64,000 bases of DNA from Lama glama (Eukaryota): assembly GCA_028534125.1 (NCBI GenBank), contig CM052818.1, positions 15,440,001 to 15,504,000 of the forward strand, given 5' to 3'. The notes under the pieces are model-generated. The model had not been told where the DNA came from. It made no database searches and saw only the letters and a program-made list of their open reading frames with translations. Of the stretch, positions 1-13,247 are shown piece by piece. The translations under genes and the position numbers were made by a program. Each line of letters starts with the position of its first letter. The first letter of the stretch is position 1.

Positions 1-11
1 ACCATCTAGAC

Positions 12-226
12 TGGGATCAGCAAATGTTATCTGTTAAAAGCTAGGCTCAGATAATACATAGCTTAGACTTTGGTGGCCACACACAGTCTTCATTGTCGCA
101 TATTCTTTGTTGCTGTTGTTTTTGTTTGTTTTAGCTTTAGTTTTAACAGCCCTAACAACATGCAAACAATTTTTAGCTTACCGTACAAAACAAAACAGGA
201 CTGCAGGCCACGGTTTGTGACTCCTG
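12..226. mobile_element. hAT-Charlie MITE, MER58 family
   Basis: Degenerate TIRs (TGGGATCAGCAAA ... TTTGTGACTCCTG) and a MER58-like body. Flanked by the Charlie-type 8-bp TSD NTCTAGAN: ATCTAGAC (4-11) and TTCTAGAT (227-234). Confidence 0.75.
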
Positions 227-1564
227 TTCTAGATCATTGTACTTCAGCTGTCGATGGCTCCCTTGCACAGAGCTTCCAGTACATTCCAAGTACTGAACTC
301 TATGCAGTTTTTAAAGAGTGTATTGTCCTTGTGGAAATTATTTACGGATAGCTGCAAAGGTCTGATCAAAGAGGAACTTGGAGAGTGTTCTTTCAGTACC
401 AAGTTTTGTTGCTGTCACCGCTGGTTTAACAGCAATCCTGTTAACCCTAACAGTTTGTGACAGACGGTTCATTCATGGATGCCTCACCAATTAACCTGTG
501 TGATGTCTCCACAGGCCCAGGGTAATTGTGTTTGGACTAAGTATTTTAGGTGGAGTCTTGACCCACCTTGAGGGACACTTCTAACTCCCTGGGGAGATTC
601 CAGGTATGCCCTCTGTGGGCTAAACCCTAGAATTTCCCTTGCAAGGTAACTTATTTTTCATAAAGCTTTTCTTACTCCAGAGTTCTCTTACTGTTATGAG
701 CCCCATACCTGATTATCATTTTCATGCCTTTTAATACCCTTCTGACTTTAATTGTAGCTATTCAAATCCAGTTTTTATCCTTTGTGTTACAGCTTATGCA
801 GAGGGGATTATGTTTTTCCTTCATGTGTTCCTTAGCACAGTGCCGCTCACGTGGTAGGTATTCAAAAACACTGAACTGTATTCAAAACCTGCTGATACCC
901 AATTAACAGATTTTTTTTCCCCTGAGCCTTCTATTGCCTTTAAAGAGACAAAGAGACAAAGAATAACTGATTTAGTGTGAGCCTTATTCCTTCAGAGCCT
1001 AAGGAGAAATTGCTTCCCCACAATTTATTTTTGTAGGAGCCTGTTTCTTTGGCTGTCTTGCCAATTTTGATAGATTTAACCATTTCTGAGTCAATGGTGC
1101 GTTCCCACAGTCTGGCACATAAGTTTTCAGTGGTTATTTTTAGTCAGACTGTGTCCAAAAAAGTGACTTAACAGACTCTTAAAATTGTCTTAAAATATCT
1201 CCTTCTGATGTATAACTAATTGAAACTCTTCTGAAGGCTTCTTTCTATTAGAACTTGAAAGGCCTTAATAGTCCTCCTGCCTCCTCCCCACCCCCCAGAG
1301 GTTTGCTTCAGAGCTTTCTCCCAGGCAGCTACTCCTTCGCTGCCCGCCTCAGGAACACGCACAGGGTAGGATTCAGTGAAGATTAGCACCTGGATGGACA
1401 GAGTATCTTGAGGCAGGAAGGGCTGCAGGCCTCTGCTCTGGTTTTAGTGACTCCCGTGATCAGCCTCTTTCTTTGCTCTCCCTGAGGGTGTAGCCGCAGG
1501 CTCTCCTCTTGGGCAGTCATCTGCCTGGGGATGTGGTAGAGTGCCAGCGGAACCTTAGGGAATT

Positions 1565-1594
1565 AAAACAAAACAAAACAAAACAAAACAAAAC
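1565..1594 (+). repeat. (AAAAC)6 microsatellite
   Basis: Read directly from the sequence. Confidence 0.95.
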
Positions 1595-2467
1595 TCTAAT
1601 ATCTAGAAATGGCCCTGATAAGCTAAAAGTAGAATGAGAATTCTGGGGCTTTGGGTGGAGGAAGGGGAGAGATCCTCACGTGGTGTTGTCTGGGGACTTG
1701 CAGTAGGACCAATTATTCATTTTCAACTGGTTTTGGTTGAATAATGGGCATTTCTTTCAGACAGGGTCATACCAATCCTTAGACAAAAGGATTTAACAAA
1801 CCTGCTTCTGATGACAGCATATATTAACTTAAATTTATACCTAAGCATATATGAATAATCAAAACTTGAGTAGGGGAAGAACTTGAAAATTCTGAGAGGA
1901 ACTAGAGGAGATGCTAAGAAAGAAGAAGGGAGAAGGGAACAAAATAATCATGAAAAATAACTAAGTGTGAAAGTACCTATTGTGCCTGACACACGTAGGA
2001 ATCCTGTGTATATATATATAAATAGGGAGGTAGATAGAACTGGAAACCTGAAATATCACCTCTTCCCCCAATAAAAGCAAACTTGAATCTAAAGCTCAAT
2101 TGCCAATGTCAATAATTTTGTTCTTCGGTTTGGTAATCTAAATACCACCTTGACTAACTAATTAAATTTAAAGTTACAAACAATGATATTTAAATTTTGC
2201 CCCACAAAATTAGATTATTTTATTCCTGATGCTGCTGAAATTCCCAGACTCTGGCCATGTGGCCTGATGTAATCTTGTAGTCACGGTTTTTAAGGGCTGG
2301 AAAAATGTTCATAGATTGTGCTAAACATCGGGATACTAAACTAAAGATGGCATGAACAAAATGAAGACAAAACGCTTGTTGTTAAGGTTGTAGAGAGAGA
2401 GGTAAGGGGTATTTTAGCTATGGGAGGCTGACACAACTCATAACACAATAGAAAAATCATAAGGCAC

Positions 2468-3155
2468 TGTGGTTTCAACTGGATTCTCTATGCTCTCTAT
2501 CCTGCGAAAGGAGTGGCCACACTGGCAAAGATGACTCCTCTAGGAACAGCTGGGAATATTGAATCGAGACAGCTTTGATGTTCCCCTCAGCTGTACTAAA
2601 CTTTAGACAACTTTTCTCCTGACTCTCCTACTAACTTTAGACAAGTCCTCTCTGCCCTCTCTTTTCCTAGAGTGCTTACTTTAGGAAAATTGTCATTGTG
2701 TGTTTTATTTGCCCCTTTGAGATGTAAATCTTCCTCCAGCCTCTTGCACGTTTACAACCCAGGAAAAGTCTTTCCCGAGGACCTGGGAACTATCTCTTTG
2801 AACTGTAAACACTGAAGGAGACAGCACCCTATCTCCCAGGCTCTGTGAAGGGTAGTGTCCTTGTTTTGATGGCCACCAACTAGCAAATGCAGATGACCTA
2901 ATCACAGAGAAAACACTGGCAAGCTCAGGAATAATTGAGCATGCTCAATATATCCCATTGATCAACCTCTCTGCCACCAACACCTTCCAGCACTTTTCCA
3001 CTAGCTCACCCTGGCACTTAAAAACCTCCCGCCCTTTGTGTCAGCGGAGCTGATTATCCCCACTTGATCTGTGCTCTGTGCCCCATTGTTGGTGATAGTA
3101 TTGGAACAAAATCAACTTCTGTCTGCTCATCTGGTGCTGTGATTTTTGCTTAACA
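2468..3155 (+). mobile_element. ERV1-class solo LTR (exact family uncertain)
   Basis: TG...CA ends, possible TSD GGCAC/GTCAC, ERV1-LTR-like blocks (CTTACTTTAGGAAAATTG, CCCCTTTGAGATGTAAATCTTC, GGACCTGGGAACTATCTCTTTGAA), TATA-like TTAAAAA at ~3019 and degenerate polyA signal AACAAA at ~3105. Confidence 0.7.
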
Positions 3156-4649
3156 GTCACCATATCACCTGCCAATATATGTCTTAAGAGTGATTTTGCA
3201 TCATGACCAAAGTAGGATGCTGCTTTTTCTTTTTTGCAAGCATTTTTAAAAGCATATCTCATTTTAAAGAACTTGCAATCTTTATATTGCATTTAAAATT
3301 AAACTTGACTGTGGGTGGGAGGTGTGAGTGTATGTGTATGTGAATGTGTGTGCATTTCTAAGCAGGACCTGAGTGCTAGAAAAATCACTGTGGAAAATTA
3401 TGAAATTTTGGACTTTTTACCCTTTGGGGTCAGTTTTCCACATACTTTATTTTTCTCTCTGCTCTGAGAACATATTTCAGAGAAGTCACTTCTGTTCCAA
3501 CACTCAAGTACCTGTTAACAGCCACTTAACCATCCCAAGGAGGCAGATAGCTTCTTCTTGGGCCTGCCTGTCACAAAGGATGAAGAGAAAGCTGGCTTAG
3601 TCAAAGGCCTTCTCACCAAACGGGAATATGATCTGACTACTTGGAGAGGCCTCTGGATAAGCAGGCAGCAGCCTTCCTAACTTTCAGCCATAAAGGAGGA
3701 GGATAAATTGTCCCACTGAAGACTCATGCCTTGAAATTTCTCTGGAGATCTCAGCTGAGTTTCCCCAGGAATGGAGTACTTCCCTGGGCACTTAGTGATG
3801 CTGGTTTGTTGGGGGACAGAGAGGAGGAGAAGAGGCAGCTGAATACAGTGGCTGCCCCAGCAAATAAAGAAGGGAGAGAGAAAGTTCTTATCTGATCATC
3901 TGGAAGATGGGTTTTTTGTTGACAGTCATCCAGAGAAAGTAAAAATTGTCCATCTGATGTGTGGAAAGTATTTTCTTCAGCTTTTTGCTTTCCCTGTGAT
4001 AAACTAGTGAATTTTCCCAGGCTGCTCAATTCTACTGCGGGGATTAAATATTGATTGTAACCTTGTAAATGGGGCAGAATGTGAGGCTGGCTAATGGGTC
4101 CCCTAGGGAAGGACACTTTGTTTTGAGTCTTCCCTTCTATAGAAAATTTAGAGATAAGCTGTTCCATTGGAAGGAATGAAAGTAGACAGACAAGGAGGCC
4201 AGTCTTTTTCTTAGTGAAATGAATAATAACAGCCTGCCTATGGTATGATGGAGACAAAGGAAAAGAAACGTGGCGTATACCCTGCCTTTTGTGGAAAGTG
4301 TCTGAAAAAACCCTGCTGTTTGCGTAAGTGGCAATGAATGGACTTTGGAATTGTAACGTGCGGTGTGGTAGAGGATACGTGAGTGATTTCTTTCTGTCAT
4401 CTGGACCATTTTGTATCTTGGGAATCATTATTAAGTCAGTCCACTTGTGGTCTCTGTTACTTGGTTTAAAGTTGGGGGCAAAGATAAAATCAGCTTAGAG
4501 AGAGTTGTCAGGTAAGTAGCTGTGGCTTTTCTCCTGTAGGCAATAGAAGAGATACCAAGGATCAAAGCAGTGAGTCATGTTTCTCCAGGAAATAAGTTTT
4601 CTGCTGTTATCTCAGATGGGCTTGAATATTCAAAATTGCCAACCAGATA

Positions 4650-4790
4650 GACTGGCGTACATACCATCATGGGGAGACGTCGGGACGACTGACCTCCCTA
4701 CGCATCTGAGGTTCTCGGCAGCAGAACGCAAACTTCTCCGGGCTGGGTGGCAGCAAGGCTCAGGGGGTGGAGGGAGGCCAGTGCACGTGG
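4650..4790. promoter_or_regulatory. CpG-retaining GC-rich patch, possible enhancer/promoter element
   Basis: 9 CpGs in ~140 bp in an otherwise CpG-depleted window, an E-box CACGTG (4784-4789), and no resemblance to a repeat that I recognise. Confidence 0.3.
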
Positions 4791-5689
4791 CTCTTTGTTT
4801 CTCTGTTTGTAGAAATCCCACCAGGGGTCTTGTCTCCTTTCATGGAAAATCTGTCTTATGGGAGGAGATGAACAGAGTAGAAAAGATAAAACTTTACATG
4901 TTGATGAGGTGGTATGCAGATAAAAAGGGCAAAACCTGGTTTTTGTATATTGTATCTTGAAGTAGAATGAAGCTCTTTTCTGGACCTCATTATTATTCCA
5001 ATATTTGGCCTTTTAAAAATACATTTTTACATTTTTGCGTGTGTAGAATAACTTTCTGTGTAAATTTAATTTTTTCCCTAAGTCCTCCTCTTACATAATG
5101 TCAATCCCAACTAGTTTGGTTCTATTAATGAGTCAACTAATAAATTTACTGATATTTTAAAAAATTGCTGAGAATACTGGATGCTGGTCATCATGCTAAT
5201 TACTTTCAGGAATCCAGGTAACTTTTCTAAAAAGTACTAAATTCTTGTACTTTTCACTTACAGCCATAATCATGTGATTGTAAGTTTTTATTTTGTTCGC
5301 ACTTGTACTGTACATTCTATATGGCTTTCTGGACTAAATTTTAATTTATGAGCAGCAGTAAGTGTTTAATACCTTTATTGAATTTCCTGTAGCACCTAAA
5401 ACAGGGTAAAGCACATAGTAGATACTCAGTTTCTTTTGATGTCCCCTTTGGTCAAGTTTGAGAATGTTCTTCCTGTGTTGAGATACAATGACTGTTTCTG
5501 CACCTCTAGGCTAAATTTTTTCTGTGCTATCTCATCCCTTTTGACCTGAGCTTTGAGCATGGCTTTATATGGGAAAGATACCAAATCAGACCTTCCTGGA
5601 GAATTGGGAATTTTGAGAAAGCCCAGTGGATAAACATGTAAAAGAAAAAGGCCTGAGTCAGATCTGAGCTAACATCAGGAAAGATGGAG

Positions 5690-6570
5690 CACAGATGGGG
5701 GAGTCCAGGCAAGTGGACAGTGTCATCTTCAGCTCCATGTCTCCCTCTGTGCCCCATCTTGATAAGTGGCAAGTCTGGAATCCTTCCTTGATGCCTCCAT
5801 TCACCCTCGCTCTACAGCCAACACTTGAGCAAGTCCTGTCAACACTACTTCCTCCATCACACACCCACAAAGCAACCACTGAACATGACCCCTCTTGTTC
5901 AAACCACTGTTTCTCATCTGGACTTCAGCAGACATCTGAGCGGTCTTCATGTTGCATTCTTGCTTCCTTCTCCACACAACAGCCAGTTGACTTTTAAAAA
6001 TAGGAACCATTTTCTGTCACTTCTGTGCTCACACCTCTCATCTCGCTGAAGATCACAGTAAAAGTAAGAGTCCCAGTCTATGCGTGAAGCTCTGTCTCCA
6101 AGGCCCTAGGTGAACCAGTCCTTGTCTGTCAAAGCAGCCTTGTCTTCTGACCTTCTTTCTACCTTTTCTACTCCAGCCTCACTGTCTTCCTGCTGTTCCT
6201 AGAACACTCTTGATCTTTTCACTCACCTGGGCTTTTGTGCTCGCTGTTTCCTCTGCTCCAAATGTTTACCCCTAGATTTTCAAATGTCTCTGTTGCTCAC
6301 TTCATTTAGCTCTTGGCTAGAATTTTACCTTCTCTGCTAGGCTTTGCTTATTCACATACTTGAATATAGGCCTAATCATTCTCTTTACCCTGCTGCTCTT
6401 TAAATTTATTTGTAAGACATCCTTACCTGAGATTATATTCTTTGTTTACTTAAGGTTTTTTTTTTCCTACTAGAATGTAAACTGAATAAAGGTGGAGGTG
6501 TTTTTTCCTATCCCATGAATAATGCTGGCATGTAGTAGGTATGAAATAAGATGTACTGAATGAATTAATA
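5690..6570 (+). mobile_element. LINE-2 (L2) 3' fragment
   Basis: L2-like pyrimidine-rich body (TCCAGCCTCACTGTCTTCCTGCTGTTCCTAGAACAC, GGGCTTTTGTGCTCGCTGTTTCCTCTGC) ending ...TGCTGGCATGTAGTAGGTATGAAATAAGATGTACTGAATGAAT. Confidence 0.7.
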
Positions 6571-6899
6571 AAGGAAGTAATGAACGCTACAGCCGTTTCT
6601 GGGGACAGGCATTCAGTGATGGTTCCATGGTCTTGATTTTTCTCCAGGCCATTTCTGTTTGTTGAATGTAATGACTTGTTAAAGAGTCAGTCTCTCCTTT
6701 GGGTCACCCCTGGGTTGAGCATGGGGGCCTCAAGCTACTTAGAGCAGGACAGAAATAAAAAAAATCACTAAATCACAAGGTAGAATGTCATAGAATTAAA
6801 GCCAAAACACTCTTAGTTGTTTGGCTCAGCTTGTAAGTGACAAAATGAGGGTCCAGAAAGGATAATAGCTGTTCTTGCATGTTCTTGGTTGCTTGTCCA

Positions 6900-7305
6900 G
6901 GATTTTTATGTACATTGAATCATTTGATCTTTATCTCTATGATGTAGGTATTATGTTTTACACCTTATGGATGAGGAATGAAGGTTCAGGCAGAGATGCC
7001 CAATGTCTTCTCATTATCAGTAAAGCATAGATTCAAACCCAGGTCTCATCATGCCCACATAAGTGATGTTTAGTGTTTTTATTCCCTGGGGACAAAATGT
7101 TTTAGTCTAAAGAAATGGTTTTGCAGACAAATCGCAATCAGCTTTGCTAATATTACTTATATTCTAAGTTATAACCTTAGTTTTTATATCTATACAATAG
7201 GTATTCTACTATCCACTTCATATCATTGAGAAAAGTGAGGGGTCATGTATTAAGTGCCTAGCACAGTGCCTGGCAAATGTTAATGCTAAACAAAATATTA
7301 ACTAC
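6900..7305. mobile_element. Two MIR fragments (minus ~6900-7050, plus ~7150-7305)
   Basis: MIR-core-like TTATGGATGAGGAATGAAGGTTCAG...GATTCAAACCCAGG and MIR 3' end TAAGTGCCTAGCACAGTGCCTGGCA. Confidence 0.6.
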
Positions 7306-10300
7306 TTTCAGTCAACCCTACGGTCCTGTTTACGGGTGTTATATAATGCCAGTTACTTTCTTCCTACAAAAACAAAACAAAACAAAAACCTCAACATTTC
7401 ACAGACATCTGAAGATCCAAGGAATGGTAGAGTCATCTTACTCTTATGTCTCGGTGGAATATATGCATGATCTTTTTCAGAGCTAAATTTCAAGTTTGTT
7501 TCTTATAAACTGCTGTGGTAGTTAATGGGAGATACATTTCACCAGTTTTGGCACAGGCGATACCTCCAAGTGGAATCAAAAGTCCAGTGAATCATTCAGC
7601 ACACTTTATTTTCAATATAACCACTGAGGAGAAAATGGAAGTGTGTCATCATCCCTTAAAAGTCACACATGACTGAGTTTCCTATGGGCTTGCTGTGCAT
7701 ACAGAACTTCTAAAATGAATATACTCTTCATGTGAAAGAGGATGATCAAGGTAGACTGCAGTAGACTGTCACCGCAGTAGTTTGGGATGTCAGTAATTCT
7801 TAGGCTCAAAGGAACGCTTTCATGACTCAACAGGATGCCTCTGATTTTACAGTTGTCATCTTTCATTTGTTTCCCTGTTTTGGAAACATTGACCAACTGT
7901 GCTTGTCAGACTTCTTTTGATTCCTATGGAGGAATGGTCTATCTTAAAATTTGTGATGCAAGAGGGAGATAGAAGAAATTTGTTTTTTGATTTCAAAGTA
8001 TTTGAAAGATTTAATTGTTGATCTACTGTGGGCTTTTGTATTCCATCATTGTAGGCTGCACACAGAAAAGACTACTTTGTACATTTTTTTCTGAGAGTCT
8101 TGATCCGTGAAGTAAGTGTACTTTTCCAAAAGAAATAATCACGTGTAACTGATAAAAAGAAATCAGTTGGGTCTATTTATTCTTCTCTCCTTACTGCAAG
8201 GATATATTTGACCTTGGACATAAAAACAAAGAAGTTTCATTGATGTTACTTCATGTGGCAGAATCACGTAACTGTATGTGGTGTATATTAGACGTGTCTT
8301 TGGTAGCCACTGTAACTCTCATGCCCCCAGGGTACTCCCCAAGCAAGTTGGAGCAGGACTTTTCAATCAGAGAATAATGATAATGATCCTCAGATACATG
8401 ATCCTAGAATATTATCCTTTGATTGACTCTGGAACTTTATAAAAGTTGAAGACACCCTAAATGGACTATTCAGAGTATTTATGTATAATAAAAATGCAGT
8501 TGAAAATTTTTATCAGCTTGCTTGAAATGATAGGAAACTACCATCAATCTGCTAATTGATACATCTGAAATTCTCAGGGTAAAAATTTCAGCTTGGAAAG
8601 GGACCAGTATACCTGTGCATTTGCCAGAATCCCATGAGAACATGGCCCAAAGGAGGGAAAGGCACTTTTCCAACTCCTGGGTGGTAAAGAATCACCAAAA
8701 ATCAAGTACAAATGGGACATTCTAGAATCTTCAAATAAAAAAGAAAAATAAACAGGTACAGTGATGTGATGCAAATAATAAGTTTCAGTGGGAGAAACAA
8801 AGGACTGTTCTTTACACTGGCACTTGCGGATTACTCTTGCCAAAACTTCCAAGCAGACTTAGCAGAAAAAAGAAAAAAAAAAAACATCACTTTGATCTGT
8901 GATTCTTTTGATGGGTGCTTTCTGAAATTCTTGGGAGGCGGATCACACTAGAAATACTGAATCCACTCACTAGCTCTCTAACTGTAGAATTCTTCATTAG
9001 CCAACTTTGCTGGACTGGACTATAATTCTGATTCCCATGGAAATTTCTTGGCTTTGGAGAAGACATCTGTGTGACTAAGGCAGCAAAGTGTACCATCCAA
9101 TGAATTCAAGGCTCTCTTGCATCACCGTGTAGCACTGAGTAAATTATAATAATGAAGATTTGGCCCTTAACAGAAGCCAATCAGCTAGCAGATCTGAATA
9201 TGGAAACTCGTGAAATCTATTGTTTAAGGCACCTTAAATTTCCTAGGAGTCCATGAGCTAGGAAACCCCCAGGTATAGTATTCTAAGATTCTGCACATTT
9301 TTTTCTTATACATAAGCATGCTTTTTATAAGTACTGCATGGTGAAGGAACAGTAGGAACGCACAGTTGCAGTATCATATGCTGTTGTCATTCTGACTAGC
9401 CACTCTGCAGAGTTTACATCGAGCCATTCTCTTTTCCTGCTAATTGGCATGGTTGCTTCTTGATGGTGCTGATTTTCTGTGTGTTAAGCTTTGAGTAATT
9501 CATTCTTAGGCCACTCTCCTCCCCTTCCTTAATTATTTACCACACAGCTTACAAAGCTCAGTGACTTTTGACTCTGCTGTGTTGCTGGCTGGATCATGGA
9601 ACGTGTAAAGCATGTATGTATCACTGAGTGCATCTCTGAGTGATGGCCCGAGCATCATGTCAAATCACGGGGTCAGCCTCTCTCATCATGTCACATCACA
9701 TCATGCTTGACATAGACACGCAACCCAATTCTGAGCATCTGGAAGTAGTCGGGAAGTAAGCCTTTCACAGCAGTCTGAGCAGTGCTTTCAGATGCAGGAA
9801 ACAGAGAAGATTGACCTTTCCATTTTCTATTTTCTACCACTGCAGATACATACAATGACCACTGTTGGAAGTTGTGCATATAAATGTATTCATATCTCAA
9901 TAAATAAGCATCTGTACCATCTGTACATTTTTCTCATGATGGTGCGGCAGTTTCTCTCCTGTTTATTATTATTGTTGGTAAGATTTAATTCTTGGAACCA
10001 GGTATTCATCTAAAGGATTCTATTGATAGAATGAGCTACATGCTAGTTATTATGGATTTGCGATGTGATAATCAGACTCAGGCTATTCAAAAAGAGCTGG
10101 GCTAGGCCAGCGAGAGATTATTTCTGCAAAATGTCTCCACTGTAAAATCAATCCCCCTTGATACGCTGAGCTTCTGTTGCCTGATAAATCTGGCGTGTAA
10201 CTCTGTAACCAATAGCACTGAATATTTCCAGTGTTAGATTTTGCCTTCATAGTGAACTCTAAAACCCTGGATGCTAGTCCTCATACTCCCTCTGCCTTTA

Positions 10301-11109
10301 CTCCTCCATCCTTAAGTGTTTCCCACATCAGAAGCTAGTCAAAAGGAAAAACTCATTTGAATAAAACACGACTCTTGAAAAATAAATGAATGAACTAATT
10401 AATGAAGGATTAGTTGATGGACGTAGTTCATGTTTGGGTAATATGAACTATGTTCTTCATATTTATTGTGCCCTAATAATACCCAGGAACCTATGACATT
10501 GAGAGGTGGGCATATTTCCTCTCCCATCATTAGATTCTGAAGCTTTTCGCCAGTGGAGATGTGGGTTGTTTTTTAAGAATGTGAAAGTTACCATCTGCCT
10601 CCCTGGGAACTCAAATACTGTTGGATGGAGGTTTCACCAGCAGAATTAACTTAAATGAACATAGTGGATCTGGTGAAGTTTTCCTTAGTGTTCTTAGCCT
10701 CCTGTTGAGTAGCTTTTCTGCTCATTTTACTCAAGATATTTAGTGTTCTTTATGCTTCTCTTTGATTCTCTATCAAAACTTCCTCTCCTTGCTCTCCCTG
10801 ACAACTTAATGTGCTATTCTCCAGGGATTTAATAGGAGTCAAAATCTTAAGTGCAGAAATGAAGTAATGATCATTGGATAAGTGAAGGGTGTTTAGGAAA
10901 TAGTAGAATGAATTGATTAACTCCAAAGTTATAACTATGGTTAAAAAAAAAGGCCTATTTTTATGTCAGTTCAGCTCTGATCTATTTCTAAAACATTACC
11001 CTAAAATATTTACATAGCTATAATTTAATATCATTTATCACATACTTACTGGCAGGATTTGGTATGGTTTTTAACATGCTATTCTGAAAAAGACTACAAC
11101 ATTTAAGTT

Positions 11110-11275
11110 GATTATAGTTTTGGCATGGTTGTGTCACCACTGCTCAGAAAGCTAATGCAAACTTTGGTTATATTCCTAACACGTGTCTGGATCAAGGGCA
11201 ATAATATGCCCTCTGTTCTCTGTGCTGATCCTACTAAACCTGGAGTATGGAGTTCACTTCTAGATACCTTATGAT
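11110..11275 (+). mobile_element. CR1/L3 LINE fragment (ORF2 3' part)
   Basis: AGAAAGCTAATGCAAACTTTGG...GCCCTCTGTTCTCTGTGCTGATC...ACCTGGAGTATGGAGTTCACTTCT resembles the CR1 KKAN-LG...LPLYSALVRPHLEYCVQFW coding region. Confidence 0.6.
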
Positions 11276-13108
11276 TGTGTAATGGACCGTTTCAGTTGGA
11301 TTACAAATAAAAGATCCAATTTATACATGTATTTGTATAAAAGTACATGTTGCTTGCTTAACTTTCAGGATGTTGTAGGAAACCACCAGTTTAATAAAAG
11401 GGATCAATTAGATTGCTAGAAAAGCCTTTCTGATGTGAGGTAAGAGTGAGGTTGGAATAAGGTTGGATTAGGGTTAGAATGAAGTGAAAATGAGCTCGGA
11501 GTGACCACGGTGTGTGCGTGGGGTGATACTAGAATGAGCACAGGTTAGCTTTGGGCAAGTTTAGGGCATAATAATGGGAAGAAGCCACTGATGAGTCTAG
11601 AGAGGCCCAAGAAACACTGTCAGGCTCGCACAGCAGATTGATGTGTCCCAGGTGATGCAGGGCACATGTCATGCTAGTCAGTGTAACAGTACCTCAAGAC
11701 ACAGTCAAACTAACAATGTACAAAGTCAACCTGAGTGTCTGAACTTTTTCACCACAGTTATTATATTCAGTCATCTGAGCATGTCCTGTGCCTGAACACT
11801 CACTAAATCCTCAAATATGGAAAGGGAATGGAACAAGATGTTGAAGAGTCAAGAGTTACCCAAGGTTTAATTGCATAAATTGGAGGTTTGTCTAGGAAAA
11901 ATAATGGGAAGCCATTGTTCTTGTTACCTAATAGTTGAAATGAGCAACATAGTGTGGAAGAAACAGCAGCCTTCGTCTTCGGCTTCTCAGATAGCAGACT
12001 GAGAATGGGCACCCGGAAGTCACTGGGAGATATTTGAGAAAAGTGTTCTGATAGTAAGGGCTATACAGTGATGGGATGAGCACCCTCATAACCAGGGGAG
12101 TTCTGACTTCTACACGTGTGCAAGAAGAGGCTGGTGGCCTTGGCCTTGAATGGGAATGCCTTTGGAGGATTTCAAAGGTCCTTTCTGAGACTGGCTCTGA
12201 GCAGCTTTGAATTTTTCAAGCACTTTAATTCTAAGATTTTCTTCCTTTGGAAGAGATCACTGAGTTTTCTCCTTGAGGTAAACACAGAAAGTAAAGAAGT
12301 TAATGTGTCTAAAGCATCTAACACAAACCCTTTTCCCTAATCACTGTCTTCCTTTGACTCTTAAAGAAAACATATTGGGGAAAAATGAGTACTTGAATAG
12401 GATGTGCTGTCTAATACAGAAGCATTTCTGTTTGGGTGAGAAATATCCAACCAGGCAAAGGAAGATTTACAGCATGACTTACAAACACATTTTATTAAAT
12501 ATTTTTATTTTATGCTCCCTACACTATTACTGACCACCAATTCTTTGTACTTCTATTTTCGCTCCTTTTAAAAAAAGCAGTTTGAGGCTCCAGCTGCTAA
12601 GCCAGGAATGCTCTTTTTCACTGGCAGCATTTTCCTCTGTTGGCAGAATCCACAGTCAATTGCTTTGATGCTCTTTGGAGTTACATTTGGTGTCTGTCAT
12701 AGTTCATGCAAAGATAAGCTGATCGGGTTGTCTGATTGGTCCCAGATGCTTTTGGCTTTAATGCTCCATCAATTCTCTTTGAAAATGGAGTCCTGGGCCA
12801 GTCTCATGTCTCAAGAGACACTTTCAGATGACTTGTTCATGATCAAAAGGCAACATAATTTCCTGATGTCCATATGCTTTCTCTGGAACTTCTTTCGGTG
12901 TCCCCAAAATTGATGTGTTTTATAAATGGACAACAGATCATCATTTAGAAAAGGTCTGAACTTCAGAAGTGTTTACTCAAGTGTAATTGCAAGTGAGGGT
13001 CAAGAGGGCTGGGGTTTATAAGAACTCCAGTGAGTGGGTTCTAGAACACAGAGCCATAAAATCACCACCCCTCCAAAGATTGAAAACTGGATTTATGGTT
13101 TGCTACTG

Positions 13109-13247
13109 TTTTGCAGGGGAAGGGGTAATTAGGTCTGTGTGTGTATGTATGTATGCATGCATGCATATATTAATGGGAGTACTGGGGATTGAACCCAGGA
13201 CCTCATACATGCCAAGCACTCTACCACTGAGCTATACCCTCCCCTCC
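13109..13247 (-). mobile_element. Camelid tRNA-Ala-derived SINE (Vic-1 type)
   Basis: Minus strand reads GGGGAGGGTATAGCTCAGTGGTAGAGTGCTTGGCATGTATGAGGTCCTGGGTTCAATCCCCAGTAC (A and B boxes), then a tail with CCTAATTACCCC. TSD TATGGTTTGCTACTG (13094-13108) / TATAGTTTACTATTG (13248-13262). Confidence 0.9.

Noticed and set aside
4252..4326. Alternate frame ETWRIPCLLWKVSEKTLLFA resembling the sialidase (F/Y)RIP motif
   Set aside because: Bounded by stops, with no good acceptor and no other sialidase motifs (Asp boxes) nearby. Most likely a chance match.
3751..4428. Longest ORF (225 aa, minus strand)
   Set aside because: No recognisable domain, a composition typical of translated non-coding DNA, and no supporting splice or homology evidence.
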